In this document: positions 52,128 to 63,796 of the stretch, in pieces
How the letters are laid out: each line of letters opens with the position of its first letter
Position numbering within the stretch: the stretch's first letter is position 1
Source of the DNA: Zootoca vivipara
Taxonomy: Eukaryota
Reading direction: 5' to 3'
NCBI RefSeq assembly: GCF_963506605.1
Contig: NC_083291.1
Location: 22,010,001 to 22,074,000, forward strand
Length of the DNA: 64,000 bases
The notes under the pieces: model-generated
Seen by the model: the letters and a program-made list of their open reading frames with translations, nothing else
The model's database searches: none
Told to the model about the DNA's origin: nothing
Made by a program: the position numbers and the translations under genes

Positions 52128-52200
52128 CTGCAATTCCTTCTCTCTTAGAGATGCAGCAGATTCTGAAGGGGTCAGAGGCAGTGGCAACTGCGCTGTGGCA
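52128..52200 (-). CDS. WRN: WRN linker exon (ATAQLPLPLTPSESAASLREKELQ)
   Basis: ttttgatag|T ... CAG|gtgagc; 73 nt, phase 2 to 0. Confidence 0.85.
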
Positions 52201-52307
52201 CTATCAAAAGAAAGGAGGCAAGTGTTCTAACTTCAATTCAGGTGTATATCCAGCAACTGACACAAAAAGCCCTGCACCTTTTCCTTGAAATATCAGAGCA
52301 ATATCCT

Positions 52308-52768
52308 GGGAGACAGGCGATATATTGATACAGGTGAAACTCGGAAAATTAGAATATCGTCGAAAAGTGCGTTTATTTCAGTAATGCAACTTATTATTAT
52401 TTATTTTTCTTTTACTTTTTGCAAATGCTTTCTTTTGGAAATTCCACAGTAATAAAACAAATAGTTACAATCATACAAAAATAAACATCGCTGTTACATT
52501 TCATTAATTACATTCCATTTATAATTGACCCACCTAATGACAAATAATTACAATTACAACAAATAAAGGATTGACATATCTTGCTTTGCATGCCATGCAT
52601 CTATCTCATATATTGGTTTCACCTTTTAAGTTGCATTACTGAAATAAATGCACTTTTCGACGATATTCTAATTTTCCGAGTTTCACCTGTATATTGTCCC
52701 AAACTGGTTTGAAGTCCATACGATGATATCCGTTTCATAACTTCTGACGTGGCAATATACTGTGAATC

Positions 52769-52813
<45 letters not shown>

Positions 52814-53094
52814 TATGCAAAAATCACAATGTGGGGGAAACCCTGAAGCCAGCCAATGCTTCTCTCGATTCCTGCAGCCCCTGTTAAACTCTCCCAGCTC
52901 AGCTCCCCCCCCTGCCTGATGCAGGGGGCAGAGAATCACAAGAGCAGGCGCTGTGAAAAATCACGATGCAGGAAAAACCGTGAAGCCAGCCAATGCCTCT
53001 GCACAGCTCCATCCTTATTTCACACATCGTGATATATCAATCTGTTGCAATGTTTAGCTGGTGATATAGCGTGGTGTTGATCTTGCCCAGCCTT
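52308..53094 (-). mobile_element. hAT-Ac-like non-autonomous element (inverted relative to 58077-58469), containing a Tc1 MITE and (GT)n
   Basis: Reverse-complement similarity to 58077-58469 throughout. (GT)n at 52772-52811. Confidence 0.7.
52331..52689. mobile_element. Tc1-type MITE with about 60-bp TIRs
   Basis: TA|CAGGTGAAACTCGGAAAATTAGAATATCGTCGAAAAGTGC ... GCACTTTTCGACGATATTCTAATTTTCCGAGTTTCACCTG|TA. Confidence 0.92.
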
Positions 53095-54141
53095 CCTTGG
53101 AAAGTTTTACCAATGAGTGAATCCAGAACCCACTGTACTGTGCCATCCATGGATGACTAAGCTCCAGCACAGCTGCCACTAGCAGCAAAGGTAGAGGGTG
53201 TTTGTGGAGCATATGGACAGGAGCAGGAATGTTCATAAGCCTGACTTTGGTGTCAGTTCAGGCCTGCATGCCTATCTATGTCTTTCATGGTTATGCAGCT
53301 GTCTATTTCCCCAGCAGTCTACACGCAAGCGCGGGTAAAAGGCAGGTCGCCGGATGAATTGCAGTGGATTGCATGTTTCTGATTCCCAATCATTTAACAA
53401 TAGTAACAACCAAAAGGCTCCCCGGCCCCCACCCCCCAAAAAGTCTGTTCGAATCCCTGTTCCGCAGTAACTCAGATATGGTTAAAAGACCATATCTTGT
53501 ATATGCAGATCATCCCAGTTCATCTGGTACAGTATGCAATTGGCCTCTTTACCCATATTTTGCACCTGGCTGCAGTTGGTGGATATTGTAGTTCACACAC
53601 ACAAACACACACACAAAAAAGATAAAGCGTGCCCACACTTAGATTAAAACAACTATTGCACAAAAGGCTGTATTTTCATTAGAACTGAAGGTTTTATCAA
53701 GTTTTAGTTATTTAATCAGTGATGATGACTGCAGATCTGCATGTTGATGAGTTTTTAGGCCAAGTTGGTTCTGTTAGGCTGCTGTAATAGGAACTAGAAA
53801 AATATTAATTTTCCATCTAACAACCAGTGGGTTTTTGCTTATTCAACTGCATGTTGTCTTACACCCCCTTCAGTCTTTCGCCAATGCATCTGTAGTGTGC
53901 TTTGGCTAATGTGGTAATTTAGTCATCAATTAATCATTTAAAGGGCGGATGGTTAAAGAACCAAAAACTCTCGAAATGGTTGACATTACTAATTGTAGCA
54001 AAAAAGAAAGGCGCTTTTTAAACTGTATTGTCCCAACCAACATTCTCTAAAGAGACCATAAAAAGACTAGATGGGAAAAGGAGATCTGAAAAGATACAGG
54101 AAGTGGGTGGGTAGAAGGCAGATACCCTTTGGAAGTATTAC

Positions 54142-54215
54142 CTTTTAACTGAGGATGTACTTTCTCTAGAGACTTTACTCGCTTCTCGATACGAAAACTT
54201 TTCATGCAAAGACAT
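54142..54215 (-). CDS. WRN: WRN linker exon (MSLHEKFSYREASKVSRESTSSVK)
   Basis: tcctgaag|ATG ... AG|gtaata; 74 nt; aligns with human SNLEKLYSYKPCDKISS. Confidence 0.85.
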
Positions 54216-54431
54216 CTTCAGGAATACAAAAGCCCCATAGAAGAAAATGAATACAAATGCAAAAATTTGCTTTGAATAAATATTTATAGTAAAACACTCA
54301 AAATAATATCAGTAATTTGATAATGTGTTAACGTAATGCATCTTGTTTCAGAAAAACATTTTAGATTCCACTCCTGTACTCTCATGGAGATTTGAAGACA
54401 GGAGAGTATAAAATGTATCCTGACATGATTA

Positions 54432-54847
54432 CCGTATATTGGATTTGAAGAGTTTGGATTTGATATCCCGCTTTATTACTACCCGAAGGAGTCTCAAAGC
54501 GGCTAACATTCTCCTTTCCCTTCCTCCCCCACAACAAACACTCTGTGAGGTGGGTGGGGCTGAGAGACTTCAGAGAAGTGTGACTAGCCCAAGGTCACCC
54601 AGCAGCTGCATGTGGAGGAGTGGAGACTCAAACCCGGTTCCCCAGATTACAAGTCTACCGCTCTTAACCACTACACCACACTGGCTGGTGGCTTGGGGGT
54701 ATAAGACAACCCCCAACTTTTCCAGTTAAAATATAGTTTGGGATAGACTCGCTGTATAAGAAATACGACCCAGCATATAAGACGACCCCCGACTTTTGAG
54801 AAGATTTTCCTGGGTTAAAAAGTAGCCTTTTACGCAGGAATATACAG
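54432..54847. mobile_element. Mariner/pogo-like MITE interrupted by a SINE
   Basis: TA|CCGTAT ... ATACAG|TA termini with repeated tataagac-acccc motifs. Confidence 0.6.
54439..54685 (-). mobile_element. Squam3-type tRNA/CORE SINE
   Basis: Minus strand starts GCCAGTGTGGTGTAGTGGTTAAGAGCGG (A box) and includes a CORE-like region and an L2-like tail. Confidence 0.85.
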
Positions 54848-55646
54848 TACAGTACTTGACATCACCTGCCTAAGGTCTATTATGTATATAGCTTATGTAT
54901 TGATTTCAGTTGTAATTACTGCACTTTTATTAAAAGTCTTGGTATTTTATTTTATTATGTTATAGTCTATGGACGAACGGAATAAACATTATTCTTTCAA
55001 TCAATAAATCTTTTAATTTTGCTGTATCCAAGAAATCTTTAAAACAATATAGAATTCTAAGGCTTCATTTCCAAGTTCCTTTTGAAACACCTTTCATGAG
55101 AGAAGGAATGCAGACACAGATCTCATTTGTGCATATTGCTAAGGCAAACCATGATTTGGTGCAAACATTCAGACAGGCCACAGCAGCTTAGCATGCCATT
55201 CGAACCCATTTCTCTCACACACAAACCACAAGCTGAAAAAACCAAAGGAAAAACCTTGGTGGCAGCTCATGGCTTATCTGAAAGAGTTAAACCACACACC
55301 CAGGTTCAGACAACATGCTAAGCGAAACCATATACTTACCTAAGCTGTGCTTTGTCTGCCAGAGAACCATGCTTCGTAGAATATTCTGGGGCGTGGTAAA
55401 GGGTATGTCCTCATTTTGCATGAGATGCCTGCAACAGCTGCTGCACTAACTTGAGAAGTCACCATAGAATATGCCCAACATTTCATGGGGCTCCACATCA
55501 GCAGGAAAGTGGTATGCAAGCTCACTTTTAGCCAAGCTTACATCCATCTCTGTGCAATCATCACGTGTACAGCAACTCCAGAGCAAGGAAATATATGCCC
55601 AGGAACGGGGCAGCTAGGCTTGATCCTGCTACCCTATCAAATATAG

Positions 55647-55784
55647 CAGGTGTGCTGAACTTGTGGTTCTCCAGATGTTGTTAGACTCCTGCTCTCATTA
55701 GCCACAGCCAAGATAGTCAATAATCAGGAATGATGGGAGTTGCATTCCAGTAACAACTGGAAGGCAACAGTTTGGCCATGCCTG
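55647..55784. mobile_element. Degraded URR1-like hAT MITE
   Basis: ccagatgttgttagact ... gatgggagttgc core. Confidence 0.6.
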
Positions 55785-55863
55785 ACAGATAGCCTGGCGA
55801 GATCACGGTCTTTGATTAGAAGGCAATAACAGATGAAAAAGTGCTGTTTTCTACCATACAGAC

Positions 55864-55936
55864 CTGCTTTTCTGTTGTCAACTGAGGTAACGTTCTACAG
55901 GAGGAATGTCTGGTGTTTGAAGAGGTCGGCTGACAG
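55864..55936 (-). CDS. WRN: WRN linker exon (CQPTSSNTRHSSCRTLPQLTTEKQ)
   Basis: ctgtttccag|C ... CAG|gtctgt; 73 nt, phase 2 to 0; end aligns with human ELSTEKK. Confidence 0.8.
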
Positions 55937-56591
55937 CTGGAAACAGAAGGGAAATGATCTCAGCCTTACTGATAGCAAAAACCATTCCAACAGCAAGATG
56001 AGCAGCTAGCAGGCAGGCCAAAGGAGCCAAGTCTTCAAAAATTACTTTTGCAGAATGCAAAGTCACAAACGTTCAAGATTTCAAAGTGCAGCTTCTATTT
56101 ACTTTCAAGCCAATCTCTAAGGCAGTGGAGTTCAACTCTCTAAAAACTGAGGCACTCCTGTAGTATATCACCATATCCCGTGAAACCTAACCACTTTTCC
56201 CTGTCTGCCACCAACCCGCCATATTTTTTCTTCACCGCTTTGCTCTAATAGTAAGGTTAATCCTTACATTCCAAAAGACAATTGCAATACCTTTCCCCTG
56301 CCATACAAACCTAAACAAAACAAACAAACAATGACACATACCCTTATTATGTCATACCAAATAAGGACTCAATTTGAACAATCGCCACAGAAAGGTTTAA
56401 GGTGGGAGATGGCAACCTTAAATCGTGGTGGCATTGGAAAACCGGAGAAACTGTCATGGGTACAACACACAACATAACCTACTACCCAGATGCAACAGAA
56501 AACTTCATTCAAGCTCAACTTTAGAGGGGGTGTGTGTGCAGAAATTCTGTGGCTGCCAATAAAGGCCTCTGCGGATACTGTATGTGTGTAC

Positions 56592-57261
56592 TAGGGTGAT
56601 GACTTTTTTACAACCTCATTTCCCTGTATCATAATTTGATGAGCTTTCATTAAAGATTAGATAAAACCTTACTTTCAAAGAGATCTGATAAAAAAACCCT
56701 CACGCACAAAATGATTTTAAAAAATTTATTTATCAGTTTTTTTAACCATTTTTGAAGTCACTGTAAGCAGATATAAAATTGAACCCAAGCTTTAGAGTCA
56801 CATATATAGAACATTATAAAGGGTCATCAAACACACAAGGAAGCTTTTTTTAGCTGCAGTGACAGTATAGGCGCCGCTAGAGGACGATGTTTTGCTACCT
56901 CTCCTCTAGGTTCTTTTCCCAGCATGCCCGGCAGGGTCTGCTGGCTGAGTTTTGAGGTCCCAAAAAGGGGCTTTTACCTTGCGCAGGTGTGACATTTGTA
57001 TACACTATGTTGCTAAGAACACTCCCCATTGTGGAACGTGGTGTTGTGTCCAAATTTGATACAAAATATATATAGAATTGTTAATACAATTTTATGAAAT
57101 GGTAAAATGGCGTACAAAAAAATTAAAAACGGTTTGTGCGTAACCTTTTTTAATATTTCAATGGAATATACCTCATTTTAGTCATTAATAGGCAAATGTT
57201 CATCCATTTGTGCTACAGGAAATAATTTTTCAGGGAAAAAAATGAAAAAGTCATCACCCTA
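56592..57261. mobile_element. 670-bp non-autonomous hAT element
   Basis: TIR TAGGGTGATGACTTTTT / AAAAAGTCATCACCCTA. Perfect 8-bp TSD GTGTGTAC (56584-56591, 57262-57269). Confidence 0.9.
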
Positions 57262-57579
57262 GTGTGTACCCATGAGAGCACCTGCTAGTTTAGGGCCATG
57301 AGACTACACAAGGCCGCAATAGCGTTTGTCCGACAATAGAGTTCCATCAGGTGAAAGCTGGGAGGGTCCATCCCTTTCTGTGTGAGACACGGGTTAAGAT
57401 CTACCTTTGAGAGAGAACTATGCATTATTCAATTTTTTTAATGAAAAAAACCAAAACAAAACAATGTTCCATTTCAACAGGTGAGCTTTCAAAACGATCC
57501 AGACCTAATGTCTGGCAGCCTGAAAGCGCTTACACAAATAAGCATTGTTAACTTCAGTACTTAGACAGGCCATGGTTAC

Positions 57580-57674
57580 CTTAAAGGAGACTTCCTTAAA
57601 CGCAGTTCCTCATCAGGCTGAAGCAGAAGCTTCTGTCCTGACTCCTTTCTTGCTTTACAGACCCAGTCTTTACC
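57580..57674 (-). CDS. WRN: WRN RQC exon (GKDWVCKARKESGQKLLLQPDEELRLRKSPL)
   Basis: gtctcag|GGT ... AG|gtaacc; 95 nt; 86-nt intron to the upstream exon. Confidence 0.93.
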
Positions 57675-57760
57675 CTGAGACAGACGAAACAAATTACGGC
57701 TCAATATGGCGCTGCCAAAACAAGCCATTAATAGAGCACCTTCTTTAGTTGCAAACTTAC

Positions 57761-57931
57761 TGTCTGCGTCAGCATGCACGTGGTTGAAAATTTGCTGTGG
57801 CCAGAAACCTCTTTAAGAAAGCCCTCTAAGATCAGTTGCCGGCCTAATGCCTTCCACGAGTTCTCTGGCCAGTCCTTCCCACTTCCGAAGAGAGGATGGC
57901 TTCGGTATCGTTCTGGGAGGCGTTGAGAATG
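57761..57931 (-). CDS. WRN: WRN RQC winged-helix exon ([57 protein letters not shown])
   Basis: taatttcag|CAT ... ACA|gtaagt; 171 nt. Confidence 0.96.
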
Positions 57932-58076
57932 CTGAAATTAAAAAAGGAAGAAGTCAGAAAGATGACTAAAATCTGAAAAACCGTTTCAGATGTTCCCTGA
58001 ACTTCCCGTTCCTGCAGAGGACCACTACTTCAGAAGTACCTTCACATCACTCTCAAGTAGGAGATGCTCACATAAA

Positions 58077-58469
58077 AGGCTGGGCGATATTTGGTTTTCA
58101 ACACTGAGGTGTGTCACCAGCTAAACATAGTGATATACCAATATATCACAATGTCTGAAATAAGGATGGAGCATTGGATGGCTTCATGGTTTTTCCTGTA
58201 TCGTGACTTTTGCCGGCACCTGTTCTTGTGATTTGCTGCCCCGCAGGAGGCAGAAGAAAGCTGAGCCACCAGAGTTAACAAGGGCTGCAGGAAATGAGAG
58301 AAGCGTTGGCTTGCTTCACAGTTTCTTCTGCATTGTGATTTTTGCACAACGTGTGCATGCACACGCCTTGATTTGCAATATATTGCCAGGTCAAAAATTA
58401 TGAAACCAACATCACGTTATGGACTCCAAACGGGTTTTGTACAATATATTGATATATTGCCCAGCTCTA
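58077..58469 (+). mobile_element. hAT-Ac-like non-autonomous element
   Basis: GGCTGGGCGATAT ... ATATTGCCCAGCTCTA termini. Confidence 0.72.
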
Positions 58470-60227
58470 CTTATGTAAAGTCAGCTCTTTTCGGCATGGC
58501 TGCAGTGTGCAAAAGGAAACCATTCTACTGGGATTGTATTGGGGTGGGAAAAACACATAGCAACACCTTATCAGACAGTATGTGACTGCAAGCTTATTTC
58601 CATCCACACATATCATTTTTTTAATTGAAAAACAGGTGATTCACTATAGGATTACTATGTCCACTTCCAGACTGTTGCTATCTTGCGGGTGAGGTTCGAT
58701 CGCATGCCAACAAATTCAGATTGTGCAATTTAAGTGGATTTAATGTTCTTGTTGAACAGAGTAACTTTTGAAAAATCAACTTTTTGCAGTAAGGAAACTA
58801 AAAGAATAAGAAAACGCACTGGAAAGTGCAGGATAACAATTGCTCAACACCTTGTTGTATAACCTCCCTGTAAGCATATCAGAATCAATGATCAATAAGC
58901 AGCGGGTGCTGCATAGCCTCCCTTTGTGCAAATGAATGAGGATGAATGTTCAACAAATACAAGTGTATAGGTTTCTTCTGAAAAACCTAAGTCACACTTT
59001 TCAGTAAAGCACTTTTGCTGGAGATTATCTCATGGTGTTTGGGAGGCTGGTACAAATGCAAAATTGGCATGGGATTAGACATGCTTCCCCACACCCCCTC
59101 ACTTCTGGAGCATGAAATCTCACCCACACTGCACACATAATTATAGGAATACAGTGTTGTTGCATTGACATTGGTGCTCAGTGCCGTTTAACACAGGGTC
59201 TGAGACTCTTATTTTCAGCCTTGGTTAGGAGATAGCAACAATGATTCTTTTTAAGTACCGGCTCAAGTCTGTTGTGTTTGTTTAGGCGTTTAGTGCACTT
59301 TTATCTGGTTTTTAGCTGTTAAGCTGTTCCCCATGACCTTATTTCATATTTTAATCTTTACCATGTTTTAAACTAACCTCTTTGTGAGACCCTGAAAAGG
59401 TCAACCATAGATCCCTTAAATAAACAAACAATCTGGAGATTAAAATGCAAGAAAAAAATATTGCTGAAGTCTAACAAGCATCAAAACAACATCAGCCACT
59501 ATATTTTAAAGTTCCTTTGTTTTAACAGGGGTAGTATAAGATTTCATTCAAGGCAACTTCTTAATTTGAAGATTCCCAGGAGGACTTGTTCACCACGGAA
59601 GACTGACTCAAATTTCAAACAACAGGTGAAATCTGATCTCTTTGTGACCCACCTGAAACCTGCCTAGGAGCACACCTGTGCATATTGTTACCAAAAGAGT
59701 CTACTAGGCTGAACAAAACTGAGGATAACACAACTCTTCATAAACTATGGGTGAATGTTGTGCAAGGTAAACAATGCATATTCTTAAGGCGCAATTGGTA
59801 AAAGGTACTTCCAACTGTAAACACTTTTAAACCCAAAAATCATTACCAGAAAGCTGCTGAATTAAGCTGTACAACCAGAACAAAACTTGATTAGAATTAA
59901 CATTCAGCTTTCACAACGAGCTCTGAAAATAATCAAGAACAATTAGAGAACACAGACACCTGTCACAAGAAGTCAATAAAAGAAGAGCCTTAGTACAAGT
60001 GATGGGGAATTTTCTGATGCATTCTAAACTCAGTGTACAAATGTTAACTGCATATAATCTTTTGAGGGCCCCTCATAAGGCATTTTCTGCTTTGCTGCTG
60101 AACTCTCTGCAGTCCACAGAAAACTAAAACAGCAGCCTACAGAGGGAAAGTCTGGTCTTCCAGATTGAGTAGGTGGCAGAAGGAGAGTCAGTTAAGCACT
60201 GGAAACTGCAAGTCCCTCCTACCATGT

Positions 60228-60483
60228 GGTGGGCCGGACTTTTTTTTGGGGGGGGGGAATGAACGAATTCCTATGCCCCACAAATGACCCAGAGATGCAT
60301 TTTAAGTAAAAGCACACATTCTGCTCATGTGAAAATGCCAGGCAGGCCCCACAAATAACCCAGAGATGCATTTTAAATAAAAGGACACATTCTACTCATG
60401 TAAAAACACGCTGATTCCCGGACCGTCCGTGGGCCGGATTGAGAAGGCGATTGGGCCCACGGGCCTTAGATTGCCTACCTCTG
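60228..60483. mobile_element. hAT-Charlie fragment with an internal ~70-bp tandem duplication
   Basis: gggccgga motifs, a duplicated ccccacaaat-acccagagatgcattttaa unit, and a ttgcctacctctg end. Confidence 0.65.
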
Positions 60484-60667
60484 TAATAAGCAAACAATTA
60501 GAAGTCTACACATTGTCTCTTATAAACAAATTCATAGCCCCTCAGTTTCTGTACAAAAGAATAGAGCTTCATTTTCTTCAAGTTTGGGACAGTCTTCAAT
60601 GAGAACCAAAGGCACAGGAAAAACACCTCTCCCCCCCTTCCCCCCTACACATACAGACAGCCAAGAA

Positions 60668-60804
60668 CAGGCATTCCCAAATGGCAGCCCTCTAGATTTT
60701 TTGGCCTACAACTCCCATGATTCCTAGCTAACAGGGCCAGTGGTCGGGGAAGATGGGAACTGTAGTCCAAAACATCAGGAGGACCGAAGTTTGGGGATGG
60801 CCTG
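60668..60804. mobile_element. URR1-like palindromic hAT MITE
   Basis: TSD GCCAAGAA/GCCAAGAG; ctacaactcccat core. Confidence 0.8.
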
Positions 60805-60858
60805 GCCAAGAGGATTAAACAGCTGTTATCAAACCACCCCATAAGATGTAACACTTAC

Positions 60859-61000
60859 AGATCCTCTGAGAAATAGCACTGGGACACCCATGCCAAACTT
60901 CTCATTTAAGGCACATACTGCAGACATCAACTGGTATGCCTGCCGGCCAAAATCCTGCAACCTGTCTTGTGTATCGACCGCAGCAGTACAGTGAATGTTC
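60859..61000 (-). CDS. WRN: WRN RQC exon (NIHCTAAVDTQDRLQDFGRQAYQLMSAVCALNEKFGMGVPVLFLRGS)
   Basis: cttttag|G ... TCT|gtaagt; 142 nt. Confidence 0.96.
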
Positions 61001-61097
61001 CTAAAAGTACAGGAACAAAAATAAGGCTTGTGTAATATGTATAAAACGACAACAGGGGTCAAAAAGTGTGTGTGCGTGCCACGCAGAGAGCAAATTC

Positions 61098-61303
61098 TGG
61101 TGGGGAACCTGTGGCCCTCCAGATGTTACTGGACTGCAACTCCCATAAGCACATCCAGGACGGCCAATGGTGAGGCATGATGGGAACTGTAGTCCAGCAA
61201 TATGGGGCCAGTCACCAGTTAGCCACCCTTGCTCTAGGCGTTGTTTCTCAAACTAGGGGGCCCAGCTGTTGCTGGACTACAACTCCCATCATCCCTGACT
61301 GCT
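61098..61303. mobile_element. Two adjacent URR1-like MITE remnants
   Basis: ggactgcaactcccat ... gggaactgtagtcc, plus a second half element ggactacaactcccatcatccc. Confidence 0.7.
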
Positions 61304-62603
61304 GGTTTGCCCTCGCTTCCCCCAATCCCCCATGTCTCTGCTAACAGGCACACAATGAAATGGATGCAGCACCTCTGTACGTAAAGCTGTGTTCCTGGAA
61401 CGTAAGCCCCCACCCATCATAATGCTGATCGCCTCATAGGAATGATCAGCATCACATCCCTCATACCATGAGGGCTTAGGTCTGTGGCTCAGGTGTGAAT
61501 CAACAAGGTACAGCAACGGAGACGTGAGCAGAGGCATTGTCATCATAGCTCCAAAGGGAACTTCCATCCCCTCTCCACAACTCGCCTTGGACCACACGGT
61601 CAGGCAAGCTTCAGATTCTGCTGCAGAACAGGGGTGGGTGAGGGTAGAGTCCATAGATTTCTAGGGACGGGGAAAGTGCTTGCCCAAACGGGGCATGCAA
61701 GAACCGGATCTTTTGTGAGAAAAGGTATGATACAGAATATCATACGGTCGGGCAATCTGTTGCCATGATGGGAATCCTTAGAGCATTTGCATTATGTCTT
61801 AATATATAATATTCCTACTGTTCAAGCTACATGACCGAGCAAATCAAGCAAAGCAAAGAGGTTCAGCTCTCCATGTAGCTTCTCCACCACTACACAATTT
61901 TATTTGTAAATATGGATGGCTGGGGAGGGTGGGGAAAGAACAGTAATTAAAACGCAGGCATGAAGTATGGCAGGGGAGGCCAACCTTTATTGCACATCAG
62001 CCATAAATCAAGTCCGAAGTATGAGGTAGTGATGCTTGGGTGTGCACAAGACTACAGTACAGAACTCCTTCTCCTCAGATCCCTGGCTGCAGTTGTCTCT
62101 CTAGTCTAAGGCCGTGCTGCAGAAGGCCGGGGACGGACGGACAAGCAGCAGTATAGGCCTGACTTTGTGTCACATTACCAGGCCTGCAGGCCCACCTGAC
62201 TTGTGTCCAGGTGTGGCCTTTGCCATTGCAAGCTGGTCAACCAGAAACTATGGAAGAGGCCCTGGTTAGGTCAATGAATTTAGGATATAAGATTTAACAT
62301 TTGCCTTCACAACTTGAGCTCAGTGCCCACAGTCCTTCTCTGATACAAAATTAAAGAAGAACGTTTCATTTTTATGACTTGACTTTTTAAGGATGGATTT
62401 TAAAATTGAAACTAAAACCATAATCCTGCAAGTCAGCTTTTGATTGGGAATTGCTGGATAGTATCTTGCGCCGTTTACCCTAAAAGTAACAACATTTGAA
62501 GAAAACTTCATTAAGAGAGAGCCATTAGAGACTTATTGCCACTTGTCATATAAGCTGTGGGAAGACAGTTCCAAACCTTTAATCTTTCGGGAGGAACATT
62601 TAC

Positions 62604-62696
62604 CTGGATCTGCAATTATCACAACATTTTTCTGTTCCCATGATGCCTGATGAGGCCTTTCGGAGTTGTTTGTCTTCGAAATGAGACAAGATGATT
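62604..62696 (-). CDS. WRN: WRN Zn-binding exon ([30 protein letters not shown])
   Basis: gggtag|A ... AG|gtaaat; 93 nt; CCDNC motif. Confidence 0.96.
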
Positions 62697-62993
62697 CTAC
62701 CCAAGGGAACATTGGGAATTAAATAAAAGAACAAGAATTTACATGTTAAATTCATTGAAGAAAACAATGAGCAGAAATCACCATCATTAATTGGTTCACC
62801 CGGGAGCTAATTTATCTTGCCTGAATCATCCTGAGACAGGCATATTTTTTTTTTCAAAGTATGAGCTTCAAGGTGCAAATACAAAAATGTACCAGAATGC
62901 AAGTGGCACTTTTCAAAACTTTGAAATATGTTCATTGAGCTGTGTTGACAGCTCCTGATTGCTACTTGCTAAAATATACAGTATAACACGTAC

Positions 62994-63095
62994 TTTCTTC
63001 TGCAGCTATTCAAGTTCAGGTATTTCTCAATCTTTGCCATCATCTTCAGTTTGTACAGGCGAAATCTTTCATTACGTATCTCGTTGAGTAGGTGT
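62994..63095 (-). CDS. WRN: WRN exon ([34 protein letters not shown])
   Basis: tttttaag|A ... AA|gtacgt; 102 nt. Confidence 0.96.
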
Positions 63096-63796
63096 CTTAA
63101 AAAGAAAGTGGGGGAGAGAAGAGGAAAATTAGACATGAACCTTCGTTATCTCCCTGTCACCTTCCAAGAAAATATAAAATCTGAACAAACATCCCACACA
63201 CATACTTTTCATGCAATATAAATTGGTCAATGCACACTGAAATTTCATATTGTCATCGTCCATATATTGCCATGTTGTCATGATTTCTCTAGTTATATGC
63301 AGATACTCTATCTACAGTATATAAAACTGACACCATAAACAGAAACTGCAATCTGACTGGGCAAAGTAACATTAAAAACAACAATATCACAATTTTATTA
63401 CACATCTCAAGCATACAGTGTTTCACATACGCTGGGTGGGATTCAACTACATATGTGTTGTGCGGGAGGGATTAGGCACACTTGCCCAACAGCACTTCCC
63501 TCTCTCTCCTCATCCCATGCACTCCCTAAATATGCTCTGGGGGTTGCGGGGGGGGGGGGAATCCCAGGACAGGTTTAGGGGACACGTGAGGGATGCATGG
63601 GGGGGGGAATCAGCAAACCTCATTCCTTGTTTGCATATCCCACTTTATGCTACACTGAATTCCACCGACTACCTCAATGGTCATGTTCAGACATCACACT
63701 AAACCACAGTTTAGTGTAACAAGAACAAGATGCAGTGAGCTTTGGGCTCTTGCATTCTCCATGTTCTTCTGTGATCAGAAGGAGTTCAGAAGCTTC

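Larger units (their letters stand above)
37971..63095 (-). other. WRN: WRN (Werner syndrome RecQ helicase/exonuclease), 3' portion: 16 coding exons; gene continues beyond the window
   Basis: Phase-consistent GT-AG exons encode the RQC Zn site (C..CCDNC), winged helix, HRDC, helix-turn-helix region and C-terminal KRKLPGWF / KGLFG motifs. Confidence 0.96.
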
